A stretch of 64,000 bases of DNA from the human T2T-CHM13v2.0 reference genome, Homo sapiens. Position 1 is the first letter of the stretch. Every line of letters starts with the position of its first letter. Below the pieces are notes generated by a model. The model ran no database searches, was not told the origin of the DNA, and saw nothing but the letters and a program-made list of their open reading frames with translations. A program made the translations under genes and the position numbers. Location of the stretch: assembly GCF_009914755.1 (NCBI RefSeq), contig NC_060928.1; one strand, 5' to 3'. Positions 18,761-30,544 of the stretch are shown here, in pieces.

Positions 18761-19419
18761 AAAAGACGTATAAAAAGAAGGCTACATATGGGCCAATAAT
18801 GAAAATGTGTCATATACCAGGAATTATTAATTCAGGTTTCAATTCTGTGTAACTGTGGCTTATAGAATAAATATATAAGAAAGGCTTAGAGTATAAGGCG
18901 GTGATGTTTAATGATATATACAAATGCAATCAGATGTATTTTCTCATCTAAAAGAAATCTAACAACTCAGTGAAGTATTACCCAAATATCCACCAATTTT
19001 CTAATATCCCATAATCTAGATTTTACAATGTCTATTTCAGGAAACACCAAATGCAATGGATACATCCTAACCCTAATGAAAATGTAAATATATTATAGCA
19101 CCAGTATATTGTATATCTTTTTTTTTAAACCAAGAACATAAGATAGTAAAGTTGCACTCTGAATTCAAACTTCTCTTGTTTTCTAAAAGACGTATTTCTT
19201 TCAGCTATGCCTTCCCACCAATCTAATGTTAAATATCCTGTACTAGATTATCCCAGTAGAAGAAAAAAGAAAGAAAGAAAGAAAAACATGTTATGGTCTA
19301 ATCTTGAAAAAAGAAAGGCAAACTTTTCTCTTTCTCTTCTATATTATATTTGAACTTCTGAAAAAAATCTATCAACGGTACCTCTGATTCTTCTTATTCA
19401 CTCCATCATCTATCTCAAT

Positions 19420-21748
19420 AACTTGTTTTTCATGCCTAGGGTCCACTTCCTTTTGTCAGTACCATGAGTTTTTCCTTATATACAGCATTGTTCCCACCAA
19501 CTTTAAAAGTATTTTTTTCCTAGCATTTTTCTACCTCCTTCCTTCTACCATCGCAATTTCTCTGCTTCCATGTACAAATGCCCAGAAAAATCTTATTCCA
19601 TTCTCTCTCGAATGCACTCAATCAGACTTTCACACCCATCACACCACCAAAACTGCTCCATCAAAACAGTCAAAACAGTGGTCAATTTTAAGTTCTTATC
19701 TTACTTCATCTGTCAGGAGCATTTGACTAAATCAACCCCTCCTCCTTTCTTTATTTTTTCTTTCTTTATTTTTCCCCTTATATTTTACTTTAGTTTTATA
19801 CACACTCCCTTGGTTTTCCTGCTACTTCACAAACCACTCCTTTTAAGTCTTCTTGGGACAAAGATTCCTCCTCTCCTCTCTGGAGCCACCTCCTAACATT
19901 GGAGACATCAAAACTCAATATTTGTACCTCTTCCCTATCAAACTTAATCCCCTGTAATCTTTTTAGATTTCTAGCTTTAAATATCATGTATATTGACATA
20001 CTCATGATCCCTGAATTTCAGGTTCATCTCCACCTGATATGCAATAGACATCCCAAAGGTACCATACCTGCATACAAATTGCTCATCTATGCCCCTGGTC
20101 TACTTCTGGCACAGTCTTGACAACTCCATTTTTCTAGGTGTTCAAATCAAAAACTTTGGAATCAGCTTTGACACCTCCCTTTCTCTCACATCCCACGTTC
20201 TAGCTGTCGTCAGTTGACTTTAATTTCAAAATATCCAGAAGCCAACCATTTCTTATAAATTTACAAACTTCTCTGCTACCAGCTTGGTCAAAGTATCCAT
20301 CATTTCTTGCCTGGTTTATTATGGAAAACCTTGCTGCATCTGCCCTTGCCTCTGACTGCCTGTTCTGAACACAAGGAGAGCCTTTTAAAATTAGTTCAGG
20401 ACTTGTCCCTGCTAAAATCTTTCCAGTCACTTTTGATCTGACTCAGAGTAAAAGCACAGTCCTAATCAGCCTGCAAAGCTGTACACAACCTTGTCCTCTT
20501 ACCACACTGATCCCCTTTTATGCCTCAGCCCTGCTAAACTTCACTACAGGGACCCTGACTTCCCCACTTTACATGTTTGCACTTAGAATTCCTTCTCATT
20601 CATTAGAAGACTCCATCCCAAATGTGGTTTATGCTTTTACTGAATTACGACCAGTATTCAAACAGCACCTTCTTAGTGAAGTCTCCACTAATTATTCTAC
20701 TTAAAATTGCAACCCTCTCCCCTGCTTTACATTACTCTATAGCTGTTAACCAACATCTGGCACACACACTATATTTTACTTATTTCTGTTACTTATTTTC
20801 TATCTCTTCCACAGTGTGAACTTATGAGGGCAGGAAATCGTGCAGTCCTCCCCAGCTTTAAATAACACCAACCTTGCCCAATTTCTCAAAATAGAAATTG
20901 AAAAGTCATTTTTTACTTCTCTCTCTTTTTTTTTAACATCCATATCAAGTCAATCGCCAATTCTTTGTTGAATTAAACCTCCAAAAACTCACTTTAATCA
21001 ACTTACATATATCCATCTTTACTATATCTGCCACCTTATTCCAAGCAACCATCAACTTAAGAGAACTAAAGCTGAAGTAACAAAAGCTTCATTGGTCTCC
21101 CTGCTTCCAAATTGCCCTACTTCCTTTTCTAAGTCTTCCTTTATGCAGACAAGATGGAGCATTTTTCACTCTAACTCAAACCATGTCATTCCCTCCATTT
21201 AGAAAACTCCAATTGCTTCCAGGTTCACTAAGAGAATAAGTTATGCTCTTTTACAGGGTCCCCAGAGACCCTATGAGACCTGGCCTCTATTTAATATCCC
21301 AACCAAATCCCATGAGATTCTTCTTCTTGCATTCTGGCTACAGGCACACTGGACTCCTCTCACCATCTACATCACACTAACCTATTATCTACCTTCAGAC
21401 CTTTGCACTTAATTGCTTTGTTCTCTCTGAGAATTACTTTTCTCTTACTCTTTTCATGTCTGACACCTTTAAGTCTTAGCTTAAAAGACTTCCAGGAACA
21501 CCAAATCTGAAATAGATCCCTCACCCATTTTTTTTCCCTTTTAGCATGATATTAGATTATCTCATAGCATTTTCATGTAATTATTTTATTATTTCTTTGT
21601 TATATTCATCTCTCTATAATGCTTAGCTATAAAGTCTGTGAGGGCTCGTATCAGATCAGAATGATATCTTCACAACCTTACATTTTTCCTGACATACAGT
21701 GGTCTCTCAATACAGATAGGTTTCACAAATGAATGAATGAAAGAATGG
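19420..21748 (+). mobile_element. L2 LINE fragments (at least two)
   Basis: caccaaaactgctc..., tttgacacctccctttctctcacatccc, terminal aatgaatgaatga. Confidence 0.7.
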
Positions 21749-24219
21749 GACAAATTGGAAGAGAATGAAGCTTTATGTTGCTGAGAAGTGCTCTTTTTGT
21801 CTATGTATTTTTAAAGGTATTTCTCTATTGACATTTAATTAATAAGGCTAGCACATGACACATTAACTTTTAAGTGGAGAAACATAGATCATTTGAAAAC
21901 ACTGCAAACACAATTTGATTTTTGTGGGGAAAATATTCCAACTTAACCCAAATGCATACAATTTTCTGTGTTTTCTTTACTATTTGAAAGTTGTTAAAGC
22001 TTTAGAACAAAAGTTCTTATCTCACTTCTTTAGAGGAAATGTAGTTTTGCTTATTTTAAGGTCCTACTTAACTTAGTAGCAAGAAGGTATGTTGAGGAAA
22101 TTTGACTCTTGATAAACAGGGCAATGAAAGAGTGCCTCGGAAGTGGATATAGCAATAAACCAGCTGCCTGACTAAGGTTTTAAAGATGAGGGTGTGTGTT
22201 GTGACTTCACCAAGGAGTAGCTATAAAATTGATGGTCAATTCATTGGAAATTTTCTCAGCCTCTTTTCTAACAGAATGATGATGTCTGCCTTATCTCTTT
22301 GTGTTGTCGTAATAATCTTAGTAAATAATGCGAAGTCCACTAATGTGAAGTCCTACTATGTTAGTGAATAACCTTACAAAATTGACTCAAATGCTTCATT
22401 CCCATTTCAGAGAGGTTGTGGAAGATGATTCAAAGGCAGTGATCTGTATTTGGAACGTTTATTATTCTAGATCATATGCCTCAAAAGATTGAGATGCGTG
22501 AAAGGCTGTGCAACCCTTCAATAAACGGAAAATGAGTGACGGCAGGTTTCCTAAACCATTTCCTGGTAGTTAGTAAATACCTTAGCAATGCATTTTTGAG
22601 AAATTATGTAACAGTGTTACAGTGTTGAAAGTGAACGAGAGCTAGGGGATTATTTTCTGGCTCCTTTGTGGAAGGCTTCACTTGTGTGCTATGTCTAGAC
22701 AGGTGCAAGCTACTTCAGGATGATAGCAACTGATTTATTAGAGGTTGAGAGGACTACATCCTCTCAGAAGTCGGAAACCAGCTTCTGTCACCATGACTCC
22801 TTCCCTCTCTTCTCGCCTTTTCCCCTTTTCTTCTCCAATGGGAGAATGTAGGAGACAAGGGAGAGGAGATCCTGGAGGGATGTAAAAAAAGGAAACCATT
22901 TCAGTTCCTTTTATTTCCCTATCGCAAGCTGTGCTGCTGAGTTAAAAATATGTAATTTAGTTTCCAAATCTATTTCAACCCCTGCCTGGCCTACTGAGCA
23001 ATCACAAACCATCCAATTTCAATTCAAATCTTTGCTTTTAGCTTTGTTTGAAATGGAACACAGCAAAGTTGTATAAACAGATATAAAGTAAATGCCCCAC
23101 GAAGAGCAGAAGCAGGATTATAGGAACCAGGAAGTAAATCCATATTTATAGCCTACTAGTCAAAATCTGGATTGTTTTCATTTTATTTTTAAAATACCAA
23201 ACTTTCCACAGAGTATCCAATACTATAGAAGGCATCTGATTTGTGGTATCTAAGAGTCTGTGCTAATGATGAAGTTTCTCATTGTTTTCAGTGGTACACA
23301 TTTACAACTTCATATAAACAGAAAACACATTTTCTGCAGGTGAGAATCACTATTTCTCTGTCACATTTGGAATACTACACATTTACAGAGAATGACCCAC
23401 TTCTAAAAAGTGAATCACATTTACCACAAACATTTATCAGCAAAGCCAAGAAACAAACAAACAAACAAACAAAACCCATATTATGCTATTTAGTAAATGT
23501 TTAAATGGTTAATCAATTGGTAATGCTGGGAGTAATGTTAATTCGACCCTTTCCCATAAAACTATAAAAATGTTTTCAGGTGGGTAATGCAGATCATTTG
23601 GCAGTGACAAATTAGATGACTAATAATGTCCTTGAGACGTTTAATAGAATTACGATTAACCAAAACCCAGTAATGGCTCACATATATTGTTTTCACTTAT
23701 GTTATTGTCAATATTATGCAATGGGAGAGAGTAGATGGTAAAAAGGATCCATATACAATGGATCCCTTCTTCCTTTTGAATTACAGCTTGCATTATAGCC
23801 AGCTGGGCACATCTTATTTTAACTTTCAACATTTATAATCAAACAATATAGTTTCAGTTCTAACTTTTCACTTTGATTTATGTTTTGGTATATCAATTTT
23901 CTGATGAATATTTAAACTACATAGGACTGGATACTTTTCTTATTTTTTTTCTTCACTTGAAATGTCAAGTTTAAAACATTTATGGGCAGATAAATCCTCT
24001 TTTATTGATATAATATTGCCTTAAATGGTATCACATCATCTGAACGATTCTCCACAACACTATTTTTGATCTAAAATGGAAGATCATGCATTGACAAATG
24101 ATTCACCCCTTTTCAGATTTGCATGAAGGCAAATGCAGTGTAGGCAACCTATCCCTGGAGAGGCAACATGAAAAGAAGCAGGAGAAAGTTTCATCCTTCT
24201 CATCTATCCTTATCAGTCA

Positions 24220-24580
<361 letters not shown>

Positions 24581-24999
24581 TCATAAAATCCAAGAAAATA
24601 ATGGTTTGGAATTCAGAAGACCTGATCTCATCCTATCATTGATGTACTATGTGCCCTTATATACATCACTTTCCCTTTCTAAACCTCAGTGTCCCCATCT
24701 GTTAAATGAGACCAGATGCCAAAGAAACACCCAACTCTACTTTATCTGCCCATAAAGGTTTTAAACTTGACATTTCAAGTGAAGGCTAGAAAGAGTTTCT
24801 AGCCCCAGGCCATACTCCTACTTCACATCACAGGCAGTCCTGCTCCCCATTCTTACTTTCTCCATTCTCCCAACATCTCATCTCCTACACACCCTCAATA
24901 GGAGGTATAAAGTTGCTCCATGCTTCTAATATTAGATGATACTCATCACACAGCATCTGATACCATCCCCATCTGCACGGCTTTGTCTTTTAAATACAC

Positions 25000-25220
25000 A
25001 GCCTGCTCTGGGTTTACATCCTTCTCCTCCTACTTACTAACTTGGAACTTGGACTCGTTACTTATCTTTCTAAGCCTCAATTTCCTTATCTGTAAAGTGG
25101 GGATGGTAATGGCTTTCAAAGCTTTGTTGTGAGGGTTAAACAGAGTGGTGATGCCTACAAAATGCCTGGTATATGTGAACATTTAATTAAATAAATACAA
25201 TATTACTGGCTGTTATTATT
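25000..25220 (+). mobile_element. MIR SINE
   Basis: ctaagcctcaatttccttatctgtaaagtggggatggtaat. Confidence 0.75.
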
Positions 25221-26181
25221 GTTACCACTTGAATGTAAGCTCCTTTAAGGCAGAATCTCTATCCTGTTCAACTCAGTTGCTGAAGGGTAATTAGTGCAGT
25301 GTACTGTAAAAAACAGGGACTTTGAGATCAAAGGACCTGGGCCAAACCTATGAATGGGACCCTAGCAAGTCATTTGTCCTCGTTGAACTGGACTGAGAAG
25401 CTGTTTGAGGTTAAGAATTGTATCTTAATATTTCTGTGGACCTAGTACCTAGCGCAAAGCTTGCCACATAGATTTCCATTATATATGCAAAGGAAATATG
25501 AATATGAAAAACAGCAACAGTGCTGTTAATGGATGTACCTCTATTAAGTCCTTTATACTTATTTTGTTGAAGAAAGCAAGCTGGAACATCTCTAACTTTA
25601 AAGTCTTAGGAGGAAAGCAAATGACACATCACCAAAAAAGAAAGGGAAAAAAGAAAAGCATCCTGCTGTAGAAGAGAAAAGGAAAGGACTGGGTTCTCTA
25701 GCAGAGCAGGCAGCTTCATGCCCCAGATTTATGTCCCAGGTAGAACATTGGCCAAGGTTTTGGCATAGGCATGGACACGTGGGAGGATGAGGGACTTCGG
25801 TTCAGCTGCCTCCAATGCAACCTGCTCTGAGAGAAGTGGCCAGGTTCAGGGAAACTATTCTCAGCGAAGAGCGTCCAGGCAGCTGAGCCCAGAGTTCCCA
25901 TTTTTGACTCTTCCTCTCCAACCTCCCCCACCCAGCAGTCAGGTCCCGGGAGGTAATTAGTGTGGGGGAGAGGCAAAGCTTCTGAGGGGGCAGGGAGATG
26001 GGAAAGTACGGGTGGAGGCGGTCTTCTTGTCATAGGTCTCACCAAGAGAGGAGAGATAGAAAGAGAGAGAGATTTATTTTTGCACGTGAGGCATACCTAA
26101 TGATATTCCCACAGACAGACAGACAGGAAGACCAAGAGAGGGACAGACAGGACACACTTGCGCGTTTGAAATCGTTCATAC

Positions 26182-26300
26182 CCCCAAATCCAGGACGCAG
26201 CCTGTTGTCATAACCATCGAGCAAACTGTCCAGGATGCGGGTGAAATTTTCTGTGCACAATTTCTCCTCCTTTTGGTTCTGTCCTGGGGATTCGTTTAAA
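26182..26300 (-). CDS. GABRA4: GABRA4 exon 2 ([40 protein letters not shown]), 119 nt
   Basis: Acceptor T-tract...TGCAG|, donor G|GTATGA; [11 protein letters not shown] motif of GABA-A alpha subunits; phase 2 in, phase 1 out. Confidence 0.98.
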
Positions 26301-26693
26301 CTGCAAGCGAAAAAAAAAAAAACCGGGGGCGGAGGAGATTATTTTAAGAATCCATCAGAGAACAGGTGCAAACAGGTTTGTTTTCTAGGGAAAGAGTCGC
26401 TTGCCCCAAGCTAAAGGAGAGGAGGTTGGGGGTTGGGATGCAGAAGACAGAAATGGTCAGGAAAAGCGCGCCCCGCCGCAAGACCCCCAGTGCCCACACG
26501 CCTCTTGGATCCTGCGCCCTTGGTGCTCTCCGCATCTATGCGGTCACAGAAAAGCCTGGCTTCGGCCCCTGCTCTTACAGCTGAGATAAGAAGACCTAGT
26601 CCACCCAGGGAGGAGCGAGTGGCCAAAGGGGTCCCGGAGCTAGCCATTTCTCCACTTTCCGTTGCCCACCTCCTCGCACCCCAGAGAACTCAC

Positions 26694-26779
26694 CAAACCG
26701 CCATGCACAGGAAGCGCAGGAGGGCGAAACTGACCCCGGCGGACAGAGCGATCGCGGGTACCTTCTTGGCAGAAACCAT
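26694..26779 (-). CDS. GABRA4: GABRA4 coding exon 1 (start codon and signal peptide [28 protein letters not shown]), 86 nt
   Basis: ATG at 26779-26777 in AAGATGG context; translation matches the alpha-4 N-terminus as I recall it; donor TG|GTGAGT at 26693. Confidence 0.97.
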
Positions 26780-26790
26780 CTTTGCAACAT
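26762..26790 (-). CDS. GABRA4: Candidate alternative GABRA4 first coding segment MLQRWFLPR(S): upstream ATG plus internal donor AAG|GTACCC
   Basis: 29 nt = 9 codons + 2, which joins exon 2 in frame and gives a protein 19 aa shorter; I recall an annotated shorter isoform with a distinct N-terminus but cannot verify it. Confidence 0.6.
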
Positions 26791-26923
26791 GCCATACTTC
26801 AAGCCTGTTCACGTTTCCAGGCTCTTCAGATGCCCTGAGCAGGGTGCGAGGAGAGGGCAGAGAGGCTCCCGCGGCGTGCGCACACTCGCGCTCACACTCG
26901 CCCGCGCTCAGCCAGCCCGAGCC

Positions 26924-26936
26924 GCGGTGGGCGTGT
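26924..26936 (+). promoter_or_regulatory. EGR/KLF-like site GCGGTGGGCGTG
   Basis: Near match to the EGR consensus GCG(T/G)GGGCG, about 150 bp upstream of the ATG; GABRA4 is a known EGR3 target, but that this is the functional site is inference. Confidence 0.4.
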
Positions 26937-27189
26937 GTGTGCACGGGGCCAGGGGAGGCGGAACCTGCCTTCCTCGCCCCCTCCTTTCTCTCTCAGCACT
27001 CAATGTGTATGTAGAGCTATGTATACCGCTCCACACCCTTTCGTGCCCGCGCGCTGAAGGTTCTGGGGTTCGTATCCGCGCGCTTGCGCTGCAAGACTCG
27101 GCAAGTTTGTTCCGACTGTAACTCCGGGGATGAGGAACGGGGTCTCTCGCCCCTCCTCCGGCTTCGCAGCCCCCGACCCCAAGTGGGCT

Positions 27190-27198
27190 CCCCGCCCA
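27190..27198 (-). promoter_or_regulatory. Sp/KLF GC box (TGGGCGGGG)
   Basis: Consensus match; further GC boxes near 26325, 26952, 27332 and 27437. Confidence 0.5.
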
Positions 27199-27257
27199 CA
27201 GCAGTGTTCGTCCTCCTACCTCCTGGCCCCCTCCCTTCCGCTGGGATTTGGATCTAA

Positions 27258-27262
27258 CCAAT
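27258..27262 (+). promoter_or_regulatory. CCAAT box (AACCAATGA)
   Basis: NF-Y-like core inside the CpG island. Confidence 0.35.
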
Positions 27263-27817
27263 GAAGCTCCTCTGTCATCAGGTTGTGCGAGGACCTGTTT
27301 GTACCCAGAGTCAAGGTTGGAGGTGGAGAAAGGGCGGGTGACGGGGACTGCTGGGCGTCGGGTGGTAGCGGTGGTGAGGAGAGGGGATCAAGTCCGGGCT
27401 CAAACCACCTTTGAGACCCTCCCATTCAGGTGTTATGGGGGGCGGTAGGGAGAGCAATGAAAGCAGAAAGATTCTTCCTGGTAACAGGGGTTGCAGCTCA
27501 CCCGGCGGACTCTCGCCAAACTATTGGGAAGTGGACTCGAGCCGCACTCTAGTCCCAGTATTTGCTAAGCTATTGCTTTAAAGACACCCCATTTCTTTAC
27601 CCGCCTCCACCAGACACGCGCACACCCTCCGCTTTGCTGCTCCATCCTTTTCTGGAGAGGAGGGGAGAGGTGGAGACAAGCGACCTCTGGTCAAAATCAC
27701 TTTCACTTCTTGCGACACTCTTCTTTTTCAGAATGGAGTTGACTTACTTCCAGAGGTTGACTGCTTTAGGTAGGGGGAAAGGACGGCTGGAGAGAGAGTG
27801 GGGGGGGAAAGAGAAAA

Positions 27818-27858
<41 letters not shown>

Positions 27859-27859
27859 C

Positions 27860-27891
<32 letters not shown>
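27818..27891. repeat. Compound (TG)n(GA)n microsatellite
   Basis: Directly visible, about 1.05 kb upstream of the GABRA4 ATG. Confidence 0.95.
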
Positions 27892-28734
27892 GCAGAAGGT
27901 GGGGTATGGAGAGAAAGGATACATAAATTAAAATGGAGGGGGACAAATATTAGTTCCCTTGTGACATGAAAGGGAACACTAAGCTCCATATCTTTACTGT
28001 TTTACTGAGCAAAGATAAGCATTCCCAATAGATCTTTGGAAACATTAATTATTGGCTCCAAGGGGGAAAAGCGTCTTTCAAATTAGTAATGATGCATGTG
28101 GAAATTTTCATATGATGGATCAATGAGCTAAGTAATTCCCATACCTTGGAACCAAACACCAATTAGGTTCTAGTCGGAACTCTGATGATTTGTTCAAATT
28201 GAGATGACTAGTGGACGGGTATGAAGAGGGAACGCATTGTATTAGACAGGGGTTTTGGTTTTTTTGTGTGTTTTAAACGTCTGGATTCAAGTTTTCTTTC
28301 TAAGGGAAAGCCCAAAGTGCTCATCGTGGGCAGTAGCTAGAGCTCCGTGCTCTGTATTCTGTACTGCTTTCTTCATGGAATTTGTTAACTTCATCCTAAT
28401 CCCATCTCTATCATTCTTTTCTCATAGACTGTGGTCTCTCTGAGGGCCTGGGCTAGGTAATTTTTGCTCATCTGTGTTTATTTTATCTGCTGTTACAGTG
28501 CATGGCACATAGAATGTCAATAAATATTTATTGAATGAACAATTAAACAAAGCAATGAATTGCTTGTTCTCAGATCCATCTTATAAATGTGGATGACTAT
28601 CAAGCTCTCTCGTTTGGGAAAAATAGCGGAAGAACTAGTGTATCCTCCAAATATGCCATGAAAGCATTAGTCACCACAGATTCTCCACATATTATATTAT
28701 TTCTCTAATCTTAATACTTTCCTACCTTTTTAAA

Positions 28735-29012
28735 AAGAGAATTTAGCTCTGTTGCCCAGGCTGGAGAGCAGTGGTACCATCATAGTGACTGCAGCCTCTA
28801 CCTTTTGGGCTCAAGCAATCCTTCTACCTCAGCCTTCTAAGTAGTTGGAAGTACAGGTATGTGTCACCATGCTCTGTTAATATATTTTTATATTTTTGTA
28901 GAGATGTGGGGGCTCTGCGATGTCACCAGGCTACCCTCAAACTCCTGGTCTCAAGTGATCCTCCTGCCTCTGTCTCCCAAAGTGCTGGTATGACAGATGT
29001 AAGCCACCGCCT
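28735..29012 (-). mobile_element. Diverged Alu (AluJ-like)
   Basis: gctctgttgcccaggctggag...ctcccaaagtgctgg. Confidence 0.85.
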
Positions 29013-30544
29013 TACATTTGTAAGCCTTTTCCTATACTTTCTAAAACCTAAATTTGTATTTTCTAAACCACTTTCCCTTGCAATTTTCATTTTAAAAATA
29101 CACATATCAAAAAATTAAGAAACCAAAATAATGGCTTTGGGGAAACAGTTACATATCGTATCTTTAAAATTCAAACTTAAAATCTGTGAAACTATTATAT
29201 TCAAATTAAAAGAACATTCTTTCAGAGTAGCTACTTCCAGTTATATTTTTATTAATTGGGTTATAGTATTTAAGTTCAGCTGAAGATAATACTAAAGGCA
29301 TTTATATCTCTTCTCATTTTATTTCACAGTCTTTTATTTATGCCACTTTTGTATTACTTCAAGAAGATATATGTTGAATTTCACTGCCTGAAATCTTTAA
29401 AAAAATATTGCCTGCTAACTTGAGGTTTTTTTTTTTTTTTAGAAATCTAACATTCTGAAAAGTTATAATTTACTTTAACTTATGAATATAAATATGCTAT
29501 TGTTTCCCATGTAAACTCCTATTTGTGATAGCCCAGGATTGTCAGTGAATTATTATTATTGTCTGTGTAGCTGTGCAGAAATAGGAAGGTGTTAAAATCA
29601 TACCTATACCTCTTTTTTTCTTTAAGTTGATATAAGCCTCTGATTACTAGGTTTAGCAGAATTTGAATTGGGCCCAAGTACACTATCCCCAAATATCATT
29701 ATATTAAGCCAGTCACATTTTATAAATTTAACAAATGAGTTTACTTTGGATATAATAAGATGCAAATAATACAGATAACCCAACTGCTAACGTCTTAGGA
29801 TGGACACTTTAAAGCCCACAGTGCCTATGAAATGCCCTGGAAATGAACACAAAATCTTGTGTTTATGTAAGTATGTGCATTTTCCTGTGAGACTTTATCT
29901 CTCATCAAGTTCTTATAGGCCATGGACAACTGTAGTATGGACCAACATTTTAATATAAAAGATAACTCAAATATTAGAACATTTGACCAAACAGGCGAAT
30001 GAATATTTGTAGTTAATGTGTGATAAAAATCTCTATCCCATTTTATAAGCTTCCCCATTGCCAGTTTCTATAGACTGTCATGTAGATTGTAAGTCTCTTG
30101 CAGGTACTTGGTCCCATCTATTGTCAATTTATCATATGTCCAAAGAGCTTGGTATGCAAAATATTTGAGTGGTAATAAATTAAATAATCTGAAAGGATTC
30201 AACCTGTTCCTCTTTTTTTTCATTAATTCTTTCTGGTAAAAATTGAACCAATTGTAACCATTTGAGGAGGGTACTGATGTGAATTACTGCTTTAAATTCT
30301 GAAGGCTTGTAGATATAGGCCCAGTTTGAAATGCTCCTGTTCCAAGAATTTAGAAGCTATTGACAATTTTATGTTAATGTATTTCTCTGTCCCTCGTATT
30401 TTGCATAGGTGGGAAGAATTGATTTAATAGTCTCTTAGTTAATGCCTTTTCTCATTTGTATTAAAACAGTGTTTCCACTGAAATATTACCTGTATACCAG
30501 CCTACTATCATTGTCTAGTTATAGACTTTTTATCTTCACTCATT

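Larger units (their letters stand above)
26150..27630. promoter_or_regulatory. CpG island / GABRA4 promoter and 5' UTR
   Basis: Abrupt GC- and CpG-rich stretch in an AT-rich window, spanning exons 1-2; no TATA box seen. Confidence 0.9.

Noticed and set aside
26730-26750. Possible RE1/NRSE (GGACAG core)
   Set aside because: Left half does not match TTCAGCACC at the proper spacing; lies in coding sequence
26780-26944. 55-aa in-frame N-terminal extension of GABRA4 in the ORF track
   Set aside because: Starts at a GTG in GC-rich 5' UTR/promoter DNA; no support for use, and it may extend beyond the TSS
26433-27014. 193-aa plus-strand ORF antisense to exon 1
   Set aside because: Stop-poor GC-rich CpG island; Ala/Pro/Arg-rich with no recognisable domain
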